A DNA stretch of 64,000 nt, taken from the sequence record NZ_CP145666.1; one strand, 5' to 3'. Below the pieces are notes generated by a model. It was not told where the DNA came from. It worked only from the letters and a program-made list of their open reading frames with translations, and ran no database searches. Numbering within the stretch: the stretch's first letter is position 1; every line of letters starts with the position of its first letter. A program made the translations under genes and the position numbers. Shown piece after piece: positions 9,375 through 19,038 of this stretch. The stretch is from a plasmid.

Positions 9375-9851
9375 ATGACCGACGCTATCCAGACTGCCCC
9401 TGAAAGCTTCAGCCTTTCTTCCCTGACCGACCTGTATCGCACAGTGCAGGCAACCGAGTCCCACGCTCTTTCAATGATGCGTGTCCAGAGGGGGATCACC
9501 TCCTGGGGGAGCCGTCGTATAACTGACCGCCGAACTGAGGGGTTCACCGTCTTTCTGGATGCGCCGGATAACGCCAGCCGTATTACTGTTAAAACGGAGT
9601 TCGTGCTGAATGCAGCAAAGACCGGCCCTGATACGTCTAATGATCTGGTGGTGGAAGCGCGTGAACATTCAGGCTGGGATGAGAGCCGGAATTGTTTCAC
9701 TGTTACCCGCGAGATCGGCGAACTGCGGGTTAATGCTGGTGGTGAAAATCATGCTGCTACACTTCGTCAGCTGTGGAAGCTGCTTCACGCGCAGGCAAAA
9801 GCCTACCAGTCCAGAAATACTGCCGGTAACGCCACCTGGCTTATGTTCTGA
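9375..9851 (+). CDS. hypothetical protein (158 aa); paralogue of the 8881 gene
   Basis: Tandem paralogue; RBS GAGGAT. Confidence 0.55.
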   Translation: MTDAIQTAPESFSLSSLTDLYRTVQATESHALSMMRVQRGITSWGSRRITDRRTEGFTVFLDAPDNASRITVKTEFVLNAAKTGPDTSNDLVVEAREHSGWDESRNCFTVTREIGELRVNAGGENHAATLRQLWKLLHAQAKAYQSRNTAGNATWLMF

Positions 9852-9919
9852 TAAGCCCCGGGCATGGTAATGTGCGTCACGACATTACGCCGTGGCGCAC
9901 TACGTTCGTTTAGAAGGAA

Positions 9920-10201
9920 ATGAAGATGAAAATAAGCCAGCTGGAAGTCGGGATGAGTGTCTGGTCGGTTAGCCGGGTAAATATGGGCAACACCACACTT
10001 AAAACAGTTGTCGTCCACCCGGTCGTGATTGTCGAAGTCCATGATAACCACGTCATAGCCACCTGGAATGGTAACGCCCCGCGTCGTTTCGGTGAGTCCG
10101 TCGTTAAGGGCTGGAAGAAAGAAAAGCCGTTGCTGATCCGTGAAGGTTTCGGGCAAATGCGCCTGGCTACCAGGGAAGAGAAAGCGCTGGCTGGTAAGTA
10201 A
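9920..10201 (+). CDS. hypothetical protein (93 aa)
   Basis: AAGGAA RBS. Confidence 0.5.
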   Translation: MKMKISQLEVGMSVWSVSRVNMGNTTLKTVVVHPVVIVEVHDNHVIATWNGNAPRRFGESVVKGWKKEKPLLIREGFGQMRLATREEKALAGK

Positions 10202-10206
10202 CCCCC

Positions 10207-10217
10207 TTCGTGACCTG
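10207..10217 (+). promoter_or_regulatory. promoter-motif variant (TTCGTGACCTG)
   Basis: One mismatch to the family core; upstream of the gene at 10316. Confidence 0.3.
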
Positions 10218-10315
10218 TATGACCCGTGGTGTAATGGCTCCGACAACCTGGCAGTTTTCGCAACGCAACACTCTGCCGCAAATCACCCTCCACGGGGCCA
10301 GACAGGGAATACACG

Positions 10316-10588
10316 ATGACCGATGCCATTCTCTCTGAAGAGCTGTACTTCAAATACCTCAACACCTACGAACGCGAAAGCAGGTTTCGCATTGACTCTT
10401 TTCGCTTTGATGGCGAGCCTCAGTGGACAACCAAATTCGGTCAAGCTCGCATCCGCCCTTCTCAGGTACGTGTACTGCTCTGCCGCTGCGGGGCAAACAA
10501 CTGGAAAGACGATGGCAGGTTCGCCAATGAGTACTGCTGCGACAGCTGCGGACAGTTCGTGGAGGTGCTACAGCATAACGACCGTTGA
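10316..10588 (+). CDS. Zn-ribbon protein (90 aa) with C-terminal CRCGAxNW...EYxCDxC; paralogue of the 29160 gene
   Basis: The C-terminal cysteine pattern is shared with the ORF at 29160. Confidence 0.5.
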   Translation: MTDAILSEELYFKYLNTYERESRFRIDSFRFDGEPQWTTKFGQARIRPSQVRVLLCRCGANNWKDDGRFANEYCCDSCGQFVEVLQHNDR

Positions 10589-10674
10589 TTCGCGTCCCGG
10601 GGCCGGAGCTGATGGCTCACTGATAAACCATTTCAGACCGACATATTCATTCTGATAATACCCGACGTATCGCC

Positions 10675-10726
10675 TTCGTCACCTGCCGGGCCCGTGTTGT
10701 ACTGGTATCAGTACAACATAAAACGA
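10675..10726 (+). promoter_or_regulatory. promoter motif plus perfect 10-bp inverted repeat (TGTTGTACTG-gtat-CAGTACAACA at 10695-10718)
   Basis: TTCGTCACCTG upstream box followed by an operator-like palindrome; precedes the helicase operon. Confidence 0.5.
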
Positions 10727-10742
10727 GATCACGGGGCGCATC

Positions 10743-11048
10743 ATGCAGACACTGACCGACGTATTCAGCGATAAGGCGAATAAAGCCTTTCATTCGATTT
10801 TCGCCGATTTCCTGCCCACCAGCGCGGATGGGGTAATCACCTTTACGGTTCGCGGCTATGGCGGAAAAACTGCCTGCATGACCGTCCCCTCTGGAACCCC
10901 GGTTTTCGTCTTTGGCACTGAAGAGCTCGCCGACTTCCATCGCTCCGCCGTGGCGGGTGAATTCTACATCGTTGATCACGGTGGTTTCCGCACCCTGAAT
11001 CAACAGGTAGAACGTGGCCGCGTCCCAGTCATCTACGACATCCTCTGA
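10743..11048 (+). CDS. hypothetical protein (101 aa)
   Basis: First gene of a four-gene operon that contains the helicase. Confidence 0.5.
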   Translation: MQTLTDVFSDKANKAFHSIFADFLPTSADGVITFTVRGYGGKTACMTVPSGTPVFVFGTEELADFHRSAVAGEFYIVDHGGFRTLNQQVERGRVPVIYDIL

Positions 11049-11060
11049 AGGGATCCGATT

Positions 11061-11354
11061 ATGGCAATCGACACAGTTTACCGCCTGCGGCTCGATTTCG
11101 ACGTGTATAACGGCGATGTCATCGACACCAAAGAGCAGGAAGACAAAGACCAGATCTCCATTGCGAAAATCACCCAATTTATCTTCGATGCCTCCGTTCG
11201 GCTCAAGCTTGATGCCTGCGAAACCAGCGATGGCGGGCCAGCACATGGGCCTTACTGTGTTCTTGAGCACTGCAACCGAGCTGTACTGGAACAGGCCGAA
11301 ACTGAAATTAAACGCTATGTGAGACGCTTTAAAGGCCATTCACTGGAAGACTGA
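11061..11354 (+). CDS. hypothetical acidic protein (97 aa)
   Basis: GAAGGGA RBS. Confidence 0.5.
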   Translation: MAIDTVYRLRLDFDVYNGDVIDTKEQEDKDQISIAKITQFIFDASVRLKLDACETSDGGPAHGPYCVLEHCNRAVLEQAETEIKRYVRRFKGHSLED

Positions 11355-11448
11355 TGAACCCGGTACATCCACCAGCATGAGGATGTACCTGACTTCGATA
11401 GCCGCTGCCGGGCTGTGCCTCCTGAGCAGCAGAGGACAAGGTACGGAT

Positions 11449-13521
11449 ATGCCAGACAATAAACCCCGGATGACTGCCGCTGAAATGACTGAGCGAGCCT
11501 ATCACTTCTTCCTGGACGCAAAGGGTCTGTCCCCTCGTGCCGGGCAGGTAGACATGATGGCGTTTTGCAGCGCAGTCGTTAACGCTACCCCCGCTGAGGA
11601 GCAGTATCGCGTCGGGGTTATTGAGGCCGGTACGGGGACAGGGAAAACACTCGGGTATTGTCTGCCGCTGATCCCCCTGGCGATGGAAAAGCATAAGACG
11701 CTGATCATCTCCACGGCAACCGTTGCGCTTCAGGAACAAATCATCTCCAAGGATCTGCCAGAAATACAGGCGAGAGCGGGCCTGAGCTTCTCCTATGCGA
11801 TGGCGAAGGGCCGTAGCCGTTACTTCTGCCAGATGCGCTGTGACGTTCATATGGAAAGCGAGATGAATGCCTATGGCTACATCCGCGATGATGTGGAGGA
11901 TATCAGCAAGGCCTTTGCTGGTGGTCACTGGACAGGAGAGCGTGATTCCTATCCTGATGAGATCAATGAGGCGGTATGGGGTCGGGTCAATGCTATTGGC
12001 AGTCAGTGCCCTAAAAAGCGTTGCCCACATTATCACCGTTGTCCGTTCTTCCTCGCCCGCGCCCTGCTGGAGTCGGTGGATGTGGTTATCGCCAACCATG
12101 ACATCGTATTGTCTGACCTGTCACTGGGAGGCGGTATTATCCTTCCCCCGCAGGAAGAGTCCATTTATGTGTTCGACGAAGGTCACCACGTTCCGCAGAA
12201 AGCAATTAACCACTTTGCGACCTCCGCCTCTCTCGATGCCAGCAGGCATTTCATGAGCGAAATCTTCGACATGGTAATGACCATGCCAGAGTCCTACGGC
12301 GGGACTATGGAAAAGCACGTGCAGCAGCTGGTGGAGCTTGCGGGCCATGCCGGTGATGAGCTCGGTGAGCTGCGGGGGACACTTTTACGCTCCCTGAACT
12401 GGCGAAACGATCACGAAATGCCAAATGGCACGGAATCGGACATCTATCGCTTCCCGGAAGGTTTCGTTCCTGAAGATATTGCGGCCCTGTTTAAGCCTGG
12501 GTTAAAGACAGTAAACGAGATGCAGAATATCGTTGTGAAAATGACGGCGATTGTAGATGAGGCCGGGCGGGATATCAGCGAGGAAGAACTGGCCCTTCAA
12601 AAGATGGCTGTCGGCGAGCTGGCAAATCGCCTGGCGGGTATGCATCAGGCTCTGGCCTCATACTGCGGGAATAAAACCGTCTCTGGTATGCCTATGGCCC
12701 GGTGGATTAACGTCCGTCGTACTAAACGCAGCACCGAAGTGGTGATTAATTGCAGTCCGGTCTATGCGGGCGAACACCTGAAATCCGAGCTCTGGTCGAA
12801 GGCTTATGCCACCATTGTGACCTCGGCAACAATCCGCTCCCTTAGCAAGTTTGACGCATTCCTGGAGCAGGCCGGTCTTCCAGTCGATACACCTACCCTG
12901 CTGGCCCGCAGCCCGTTTGATTACCAGAACAACGGCGTGTTGTTCATCCCCCGTATGCGCTCGGTTCCGACCAATCATGAAGAACATACGGCGGAGATCA
13001 TCGAACTCCTTCCCAAACTGGTGCTTCGGCTTCAGGGTTGCCTCGTGCTGTTCGCCTCCCGCAGGCAGATGGAAGAAGTCAGCAAGGCGATGCCTCAACA
13101 CATTTCACCGCTTCTGCTGATACAGGGGGCACTTCCAAAACGGGAAATACTGCTGCGCCATAAGCTCAGAATCGACCGTGGTGAGCCGAGCATTATCTTT
13201 GGTATGGCTTCTTTCAGTGAAGGGGTGGATCTGCCTGGCGTGTACTGCAACAACGTCATCATTGCCAAGCTGCCTTTTAGCGTTCCGACCGACCCGGTGG
13301 GCCAGACCCTGACGGAGTGGCTGGAGAAAAACGGGCGTGATGCTTTCCGGGAAATCTCGATACCGGAGGCCTGCCTCAAACTGACCCAGTCCGTTGGTCG
13401 GCTTATCCGCACAGAGAGCGATACCGGCGCGGTGACTATCCTGGATAAACGCCTGAAGACAAAAGCCTACGGGAAAGACATCCTCGCATCCCTGCCCCCT
13501 TTCAGGCGCGAAATTCGTTAA
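11449..13521 (+). CDS. dinG: DinG/Rad3-family ATP-dependent DNA helicase with Fe-S domain
   Basis: Walker A GTGKTLGY; DEAH box VFDEGHHV; a four-Cys cluster (CQMRC...C(x)6C...C) in helicase domain 1; conserved C-terminal motifs. Start chosen at the AAGG-preceded ATG; the track ORF starts at 11377. Confidence 0.85.
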   Translation: MPDNKPRMTAAEMTERAYHFFLDAKGLSPRAGQVDMMAFCSAVVNATPAEEQYRVGVIEAGTGTGKTLGYCLPLIPLAMEKHKTLIISTATVALQEQIISKDLPEIQARAGLSFSYAMAKGRSRYFCQMRCDVHMESEMNAYGYIRDDVEDISKAFAGGHWTGERDSYPDEINEAVWGRVNAIGSQCPKKRCPHYHRCPFFLARALLESVDVVIANHDIVLSDLSLGGGIILPPQEESIYVFDEGHHVPQKAINHFATSASLDASRHFMSEIFDMVMTMPESYGGTMEKHVQQLVELAGHAGDELGELRGTLLRSLNWRNDHEMPNGTESDIYRFPEGFVPEDIAALFKPGLKTVNEMQNIVVKMTAIVDEAGRDISEEELALQKMAVGELANRLAGMHQALASYCGNKTVSGMPMARWINVRRTKRSTEVVINCSPVYAGEHLKSELWSKAYATIVTSATIRSLSKFDAFLEQAGLPVDTPTLLARSPFDYQNNGVLFIPRMRSVPTNHEEHTAEIIELLPKLVLRLQGCLVLFASRRQMEEVSKAMPQHISPLLLIQGALPKREILLRHKLRIDRGEPSIIFGMASFSEGVDLPGVYCNNVIIAKLPFSVPTDPVGQTLTEWLEKNGRDAFREISIPEACLKLTQSVGRLIRTESDTGAVTILDKRLKTKAYGKDILASLPPFRREIR

Positions 13522-13541
13522 TCAACAGTCGAGAGGTTGCT

Positions 13542-13862
13542 ATGCATAAAATTGAATGCCCACGCTGTCTGGGTGGTAAGGGTGAGATCCGAGCGTTCCG
13601 GCACGTTCAAGGCGGTGTGTGTTTTCGCTGCAAGGGCCGGGGGTATGTCGAGGTGAAAACCATCCCGAAGCCTTCTATCCGGTTTGTTGCTATGCAGAAA
13701 TGGGCAAATCCAGAGGACGTTAACTACAACAATGGGGATTTTATCAGGACGTTCTATTTCAAGGCCCGAAGTCAGGCTGAAGCAACAAAGAAGCTTCAGA
13801 AAAAACTCGGCGCGTCAGGTCGTGAGTTTTATGCCACTCCTGCGGATGATGTCCAGCAATAA
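13542..13862 (+). CDS. DnaJ-type CxxCxGxG zinc-finger protein (106 aa)
   Basis: CPRCLGGKG and CFRCKGRGY repeats; sits 20 nt after the helicase stop. Confidence 0.5.
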   Translation: MHKIECPRCLGGKGEIRAFRHVQGGVCFRCKGRGYVEVKTIPKPSIRFVAMQKWANPEDVNYNNGDFIRTFYFKARSQAEATKKLQKKLGASGREFYATPADDVQQ

Positions 13863-13949
13863 ATGGGGGCGTTTTGTAGTGGTTTATTCACTCTGAAATC
13901 TATCACTCTGGTTATGATTGGTTTCGAAACAAATGACAGGTGGTAACAC

Positions 13950-14372
13950 ATGAAAAACCAGGCTAAAACACAACATTCTGTTTTTAAGTTCATTCGAGCT
14001 GCGATTCCGGTAACAGTTCTATCGGCTATACAGTACGCTGTCATTTCTACATTGCTGGTGGTTGGAAAAATTGACCTTCAATGGTCGGAACTCGCTACAT
14101 CACTTCCGTTATGTATTATTGCAATATTCTCAACAGCATTTGTATTTTACGACCCAAATGAATATGAGTACTTTCTTTCAGTGCTGGGAATGCTTACCGT
14201 TTGGGTTTTAGTGTTTATTGCATCAATACTCCTACTTGTAATCGCGCGAGGTTTTTCCTTCATCACAAGCAATTATGTAACATATGCTGAATTGGCTTCC
14301 TATTCCATACAGATAGGAATGATGATTGTATTTTACTTCAAGAGGGATAGTCTTAATCAACAGACCCTATAG
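13950..14372 (+). CDS. membrane protein (140 aa, ~4 TM)
   Basis: Hydrophobic segments; AGGTGG RBS. Confidence 0.5.
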   Translation: MKNQAKTQHSVFKFIRAAIPVTVLSAIQYAVISTLLVVGKIDLQWSELATSLPLCIIAIFSTAFVFYDPNEYEYFLSVLGMLTVWVLVFIASILLLVIARGFSFITSNYVTYAELASYSIQIGMMIVFYFKRDSLNQQTL

Positions 14373-14453
14373 ATACAGTATTTCGCGATTAATATTATCA
14401 TTGAACATTAACGCACAAAATTTACCCCCACGTCATACAAGGTTACCGATGCA

Positions 14454-14621
14454 ATGAAAAATAAAATTATCGATGCAAAACTTGCATTTTTTAAAGTAGA
14501 GGGAACTCCAAGTACTGGTCACGTTGTGGTTATCGGGAAACCATCATCTGGGAAAAGTTTCTGCCTTACTGATGAAATAACGCGTTTGTTAAAAGCAGGT
14601 AAAAACCACGAAAATTAATTT
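14454..14621 (+). CDS. 55-aa ORF carrying a Walker A motif (GKPSSGKS), possibly a truncated P-loop NTPase fragment
   Basis: Translated by hand and absent from the supplied ORF track; a P-loop in a protein too short to be a complete NTPase. Confidence 0.25.
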
Positions 14622-14644
14622 GAATATTGCAAGCGGGGTTTGCT

Positions 14645-15040
14645 ATGACATCAATTATTACCACTTTATATGAAAAACTTTCATTTCGTGTGCTCGCAGT
14701 TCCGCTGATTATTTTCAGCATTGAATTTTTGATATGGGCAGTGCTTATTCGAGAAAATGTTATATCCGGGGACTGGCCTTTGTATAGAACTTGTTTGTTC
14801 GCTTGTTTTTCCTCGCTGATTATAACTGGATTCACATTCCAGAATCCTGAAGGCAGTGATTTCCTAAAGGCAGCAGCAGGTCTCCTTGGATGTCTGGCCT
14901 TGGGGGGATTGATAATTATTATTTATTATATTGGCACTCTCGAATTTCCGATTATCACTGCCAAGATGGTTTGGATTTTCATGATGGCAAGCTTTACGTC
15001 TCAGCTTTTCACTTGCCTGATGAAATCGATGACTGATTAA
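14645..15040 (+). CDS. membrane protein (131 aa, 4 TM)
   Basis: In-frame ATG with GCGGGG RBS; the track start at 14627 is a TTG. Confidence 0.5.
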   Translation: MTSIITTLYEKLSFRVLAVPLIIFSIEFLIWAVLIRENVISGDWPLYRTCLFACFSSLIITGFTFQNPEGSDFLKAAAGLLGCLALGGLIIIIYYIGTLEFPIITAKMVWIFMMASFTSQLFTCLMKSMTD

Positions 15041-15221
15041 TTTGAAGTTCAGCAAAAACAATTGCAGAGCAAAGTTATTTATTCACTCATTTTGCGATCT
15101 AAGTATGCTTACGCTGAAGTAACCGAAAAGTACCTTTCTTGAAAAGTTTTTTCGGGATTTTAGGAGAAATGGATAATGGCATTCTCACTTACTTTCCATC
15201 AATACATTCTGGAGTAATAAC

Positions 15222-15413
15222 ATGTTTACTTTAGTTCTCGTGATTGGGCTTTATTCAAGTGGTCTTAATCCAAGTGGTGTCACCTCTCAGAAAATACCTG
15301 ACTACAAAACCTATGATGAATGCCAGAGTGCCGCGCCTAAAGCAAAGCGTGGGGAAACTATCACCATCTTAAGTTATTGCATTCCCCAGCCTGCGGATAA
15401 GACAAAGGCGTAA
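15222..15413 (+). CDS. small secreted protein or lipoprotein-like (63 aa)
   Basis: N-terminal hydrophobic signal-like segment; GGAGT RBS. Confidence 0.45.
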   Translation: MFTLVLVIGLYSSGLNPSGVTSQKIPDYKTYDECQSAAPKAKRGETITILSYCIPQPADKTKA

Positions 15414-15543
15414 AGGCTTCGCTATATGTGAATTATCGAAGGGGTGTCCATTTCATACCCGATTACTTCGTCAATTGTCGACCGGTGGGATAATAGGATT
15501 AAAACAGTTTTTAGCTTCACGATATTATGGAGAAACCGCCGTC

Positions 15544-16239
15544 ATGCACCCATTCGATTCGGTCAGAGTAAAACTGAGTTTTGCCGGAAAGCCACCAGCG
15601 GCTTTACTGCAAAGCGCCCTATTTCTTGAAAATCAGCGTCCCGAATCCTCCAGTTGGAGCGACCCGGGCACGGCGGGTAATACACTGCTTCGCGACATCC
15701 TCCGGTCACAACCGGTTGAACTGAGCACTCTACAAGGCGTGGTTAATCTGACTACTGGCAACCTCGGTAAAGCCGAATGTAGTGAGTTGCTTGCACTGAT
15801 GGGCCTTCGTAGCTTCGGTGAAGAAGCTGCTGAGTTAATGGTTCGCAATGCGTCAATGGTTTTTGCGAGTGGACAGGCTAATGCAAAGAACCTGATTCGC
15901 ATGGAAGTCACTAAATCACACCTTACTTCTGATAAGCAGGTCATTGTCAGTACTGAAACCCTTGAGCGGCGTATGTACGTCATGAACAGCAACGGTATCT
16001 GCTTCGTCGTTGAGCCTGAGATCTGCCTTGATGCCGAGAAACTGCCGGGCGCGGATTTCTTTATCACTGAAGACGAAATGGATGCTGCGGGCGTGAGCCG
16101 CTGGGGTGAAAACGGCAGTCAGCACTGGCGATGCATGGTTACCTGGTTCAATGGCAGTAGCACCATCATGAACGAAATGGGACACATGTACGAGCTCGGT
16201 GATGAACCTGAAATTCGGCTCAATAGCTTCGGTGGATAA
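15544..16239 (+). CDS. hypothetical protein (231 aa)
   Basis: In-frame ATG with GGAGA RBS; a TTCGTCAATTG motif variant lies at 15467. Confidence 0.5.
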   Translation: MHPFDSVRVKLSFAGKPPAALLQSALFLENQRPESSSWSDPGTAGNTLLRDILRSQPVELSTLQGVVNLTTGNLGKAECSELLALMGLRSFGEEAAELMVRNASMVFASGQANAKNLIRMEVTKSHLTSDKQVIVSTETLERRMYVMNSNGICFVVEPEICLDAEKLPGADFFITEDEMDAAGVSRWGENGSQHWRCMVTWFNGSSTIMNEMGHMYELGDEPEIRLNSFGG

Positions 16240-16261
16240 AGCCCACCAGCGAGGAAATACG

Positions 16262-16459
16262 ATGAGACACGATAACGTCAAGCCCTGCCCTTTCTGCGGT
16301 TGTTCATCTATCCGGGTTCGGGAGATTTCGAATAATTTTCGCGCCTGCTGCAATTCCTGTGAGGCCACGGTGGCGTTTCAGGACTCCGAACAAGCCGCTG
16401 TGACGCGCTGGAATACCCGCGCTGAAGAGAAACAATCTGGCGGACTCCAGTCAGCATAA
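16262..16459 (+). CDS. lar: Lar-family restriction-alleviation protein
   Basis: About 65 aa; CPFCG...C..C zinc ribbon; A..W..R tail typical of Lar/RalR-like proteins. Confidence 0.7.
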   Translation: MRHDNVKPCPFCGCSSIRVREISNNFRACCNSCEATVAFQDSEQAAVTRWNTRAEEKQSGGLQSA

Positions 16460-16511
16460 ATTAAGCCCCGGGCTGCTCTGGGCCTGAATACCGATAAGAG
16501 GAAACACCGAC

Positions 16512-16970
16512 ATGAAATTTTACATCAGCGACGTTTTATGGAAATCCGGGCAGGCATTCATTTTCTCGTTTGTCACTGCTCCGGCAGTTGCGTTACTGCT
16601 CATTCTGTTCTGCACAGTTCTTACCAGTTCACCATCCAAGGTCTTCCTCGATCAGGCCCGTAGTCTGGTTGGAAATGCCACCAGCACCTCGGTCATGGTT
16701 TGCCCTGAAGAGAAAGCAGTGTTTGCCGCGTTCCGCTCCTCAGAATGCCAGCGACACGTGGTGAATGCCGATGATGCCATTAAACAATGGGACTCGCTGT
16801 TGCTCAAAGGCTACCTGATAGTGGCGGGTATCGCTCTTATCTGCTGGATGGTAAGCGAGGCAGTTAACTACCGCAGAAAGCCGTGGCGCTATGGGATCCG
16901 TCCCTCTGATATGACATTTAGCTATACAAAACTCGTGCCGAAAGAATCCGATGATGACGCGGATAAATAA
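16512..16970 (+). CDS. membrane protein (152 aa); paralogue of the 17903 gene
   Basis: Shares 2-TM topology and an MVC.EE motif with the ORF at 17903. Confidence 0.5.
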   Translation: MKFYISDVLWKSGQAFIFSFVTAPAVALLLILFCTVLTSSPSKVFLDQARSLVGNATSTSVMVCPEEKAVFAAFRSSECQRHVVNADDAIKQWDSLLLKGYLIVAGIALICWMVSEAVNYRRKPWRYGIRPSDMTFSYTKLVPKESDDDADK

Positions 16971-17024
16971 CCACTCATTTAGCACGGCAGACAGCCGGTC
17001 AATGCCAGCAGCACAGGGGGCAGT

Positions 17025-17258
17025 ATGGGTAGACCTACAGGCAATATCGTCAGACTCACAAAATCAACAGGCCGCAGCAGCGACTTTTTCGGGCCATGTG
17101 AGTTGTGTGGAAAACATATGTCAGAAGCATTCCGTACCCGAAAAGCGCGTGAGTGGCAGCGTGAAAATGGCGAACTCTATTACGGCCATGATTCCGCCGT
17201 CATGTATGCACATGAAAAATGCATTCTGAATCTGGAAAGCAAATTTACCTCAAATTAA
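17025..17258 (+). CDS. hypothetical Cys-containing protein (77 aa)
   Basis: RBS GGGGGC; CxxC...C. Confidence 0.45.
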   Translation: MGRPTGNIVRLTKSTGRSSDFFGPCELCGKHMSEAFRTRKAREWQRENGELYYGHDSAVMYAHEKCILNLESKFTSN

Positions 17259-17273
17259 CGACTGGTGAGATTT

Positions 17274-17906
17274 ATGAAAATACCTCTGGGTAAGACGTTC
17301 CCAATTTTTTTTATCTTATTGGTGGTGGTGCTGGGGGGCGCTATCGCCGAGAAACTGCTATGGGAGGGACACCTCTATCCCGATTTTCTTATCAGTGATG
17401 CCTATGTGGCGAAAGATACTCAATTGCAGGCCAGTAACGACACAACACTGTTGAAGCAGTGCTACGCTCAGCACTTAACTGGATGTGAAAAGTATTATAG
17501 AAGCTTCAGCCAACTGGAGGTCAGGGGTAACGATCTCAAGTCGCTGTGTAAAGTCCTGACAAATAACACTGATCTGGACGTCTTTCAGAGTGATGCTCAA
17601 TTGCTGGTTCGTTGCTCACGATGGAATGTTTTCCGTGTAATTCCATTTAAACCTACAGATAACGCAACTGATAAATTTAAGCCAATGGTCGATATGGTTG
17701 GGAGCTGGATGGCCTACAACCGGCTCTCAAAAGAGCTACTTCATGAAGATCCGGTCGATATCTTTTTTGTTGGACTGGATGAGGGAAAAAAGCAACTATC
17801 CCTGAAATATTGCTTTACCGGGGTTGATCAAATTCCTCCTCAAGTAGCTTTCCAGCGATGTGACACCGAGTCGGATACGACTAAAACCCAGAGTGACAAA
17901 TCATGA
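17274..17906 (+). CDS. secreted Cys-rich protein (210 aa)
   Basis: Signal peptide MKIPLGKTFPIFFILLVVVLGGAIA. Confidence 0.5.
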   Translation: MKIPLGKTFPIFFILLVVVLGGAIAEKLLWEGHLYPDFLISDAYVAKDTQLQASNDTTLLKQCYAQHLTGCEKYYRSFSQLEVRGNDLKSLCKVLTNNTDLDVFQSDAQLLVRCSRWNVFRVIPFKPTDNATDKFKPMVDMVGSWMAYNRLSKELLHEDPVDIFFVGLDEGKKQLSLKYCFTGVDQIPPQVAFQRCDTESDTTKTQSDKS

Positions 17907-18313
17907 TGACATTTCTCGCTAATTTGCATCGCCATACTACGGCCTGCCGCAGCTTCGCATTCTTCACTCTGGTCTCCGGCCCGGCGATTGCTTTATTTAT
18001 CACGTTCATCTGCATGAACTATTCAGGTTCACCTTCAGCGCATCTGGTTAGTGCAGCCAGGGCTGTCATTGATGGTGCTCCGGTCGGCAAACTAATGGTA
18101 TGTACCGAAGAGCCACAATCCACGACTCCCCCGACACTTATCGAATCTCCCTGCGTTCGCGAGGCGGTCGATGAATCAATAGTAACCGCGAAGTGGGATT
18201 CAAACTTCCGAATGGTTTACGCAATGCTTGCTCTGCTTTCTTCTGTTATCTGGTGTCTAGTGAGCGCCACACGAGCGAACATATTCAAGGACGCTAAACC
18301 CCCTACTCGATAA
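17903..18313 (+). CDS. membrane protein (136 aa); paralogue of the 16512 gene
   Basis: Overlaps the previous stop by 4 nt; paralogous pattern to 16512. Confidence 0.5.
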   Translation: MMTFLANLHRHTTACRSFAFFTLVSGPAIALFITFICMNYSGSPSAHLVSAARAVIDGAPVGKLMVCTEEPQSTTPPTLIESPCVREAVDESIVTAKWDSNFRMVYAMLALLSSVIWCLVSATRANIFKDAKPPTR

Positions 18314-18363
18314 GCCTGTCAATTCTCAAATAAAATGATGAAAAGTTGTGAAATTAAGGAGTG

Positions 18364-19038
18364 ATGATGAACATAAATTACAGTATTAATAACAGTGTGC
18401 TCATGATGATGAGTGAGTTTATGATTACAGCTTTTGTAATCGTAATACTTTTTGTGATTGTATTAGTATATAACAAAGCGTTTAAGTCTGAATTAAGCAT
18501 AAAAATATTTTGTTTTAGTCAGTTAACAGCCATTTTCATTTCCGTATTAGAAATAACAACAAAAAGAACAAATGCTGGAAGTATCAGTATTACATGGAGT
18601 GACGGCATCCATCAGTTTTATACTCACGTTTTTCTGGGGTTTGCTTTTTCTTTCTTACTTTTTTTGCTTGGTCTTTATGACTACAAAATGAAAGGCAACA
18701 AAGATGGTTTAAAGGATTGCAAAAAACATGTTTTACCGTGTTTCATAGGGAGTTGGTTCGTATTAATAATATTCTTTTTCTCCGCTTCGCCTTTGCGCTA
18801 TGAGGAGAATTTGATTACGGATGCTCGCGTCGTAGCTTCGGATCCCAATCGAACCACAATTATCTATGCTGATGGGTTCTACTGGCTATTTGATATGGAT
18901 AGAAATGAATTTGATAAGTCTATATCCAGAGAGATAGTCAGAGGCAACTACAAGATGTTATGTACTTCAGATACACCAGCTACCTGCTGGGCGGGCAGAA
19001 AATTCCCCAAAAACACATCACTGGATAAAGTTTTATGA
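18364..19038 (+). CDS. polytopic membrane protein (224 aa)
   Basis: AAGGAG RBS; multiple TM segments. Confidence 0.5.
   Translation: MMNINYSINNSVLMMMSEFMITAFVIVILFVIVLVYNKAFKSELSIKIFCFSQLTAIFISVLEITTKRTNAGSISITWSDGIHQFYTHVFLGFAFSFLLFLLGLYDYKMKGNKDGLKDCKKHVLPCFIGSWFVLIIFFFSASPLRYEENLITDARVVASDPNRTTIIYADGFYWLFDMDRNEFDKSISREIVRGNYKMLCTSDTPATCWAGRKFPKNTSLDKVL

Noticed and set aside
10647-11339. Minus-strand 230-aa ORF spanning two plus-strand genes
   Set aside because: It overlaps two RBS-supported plus-strand genes and the promoter palindrome, so it is unlikely to be real.
11329-13101. Minus-strand ORFs 11329-12099 (256 aa) and 12658-13101 (147 aa)
   Set aside because: They are fully antisense to the well-supported DinG helicase gene, with no RBS; these are shadow ORFs.
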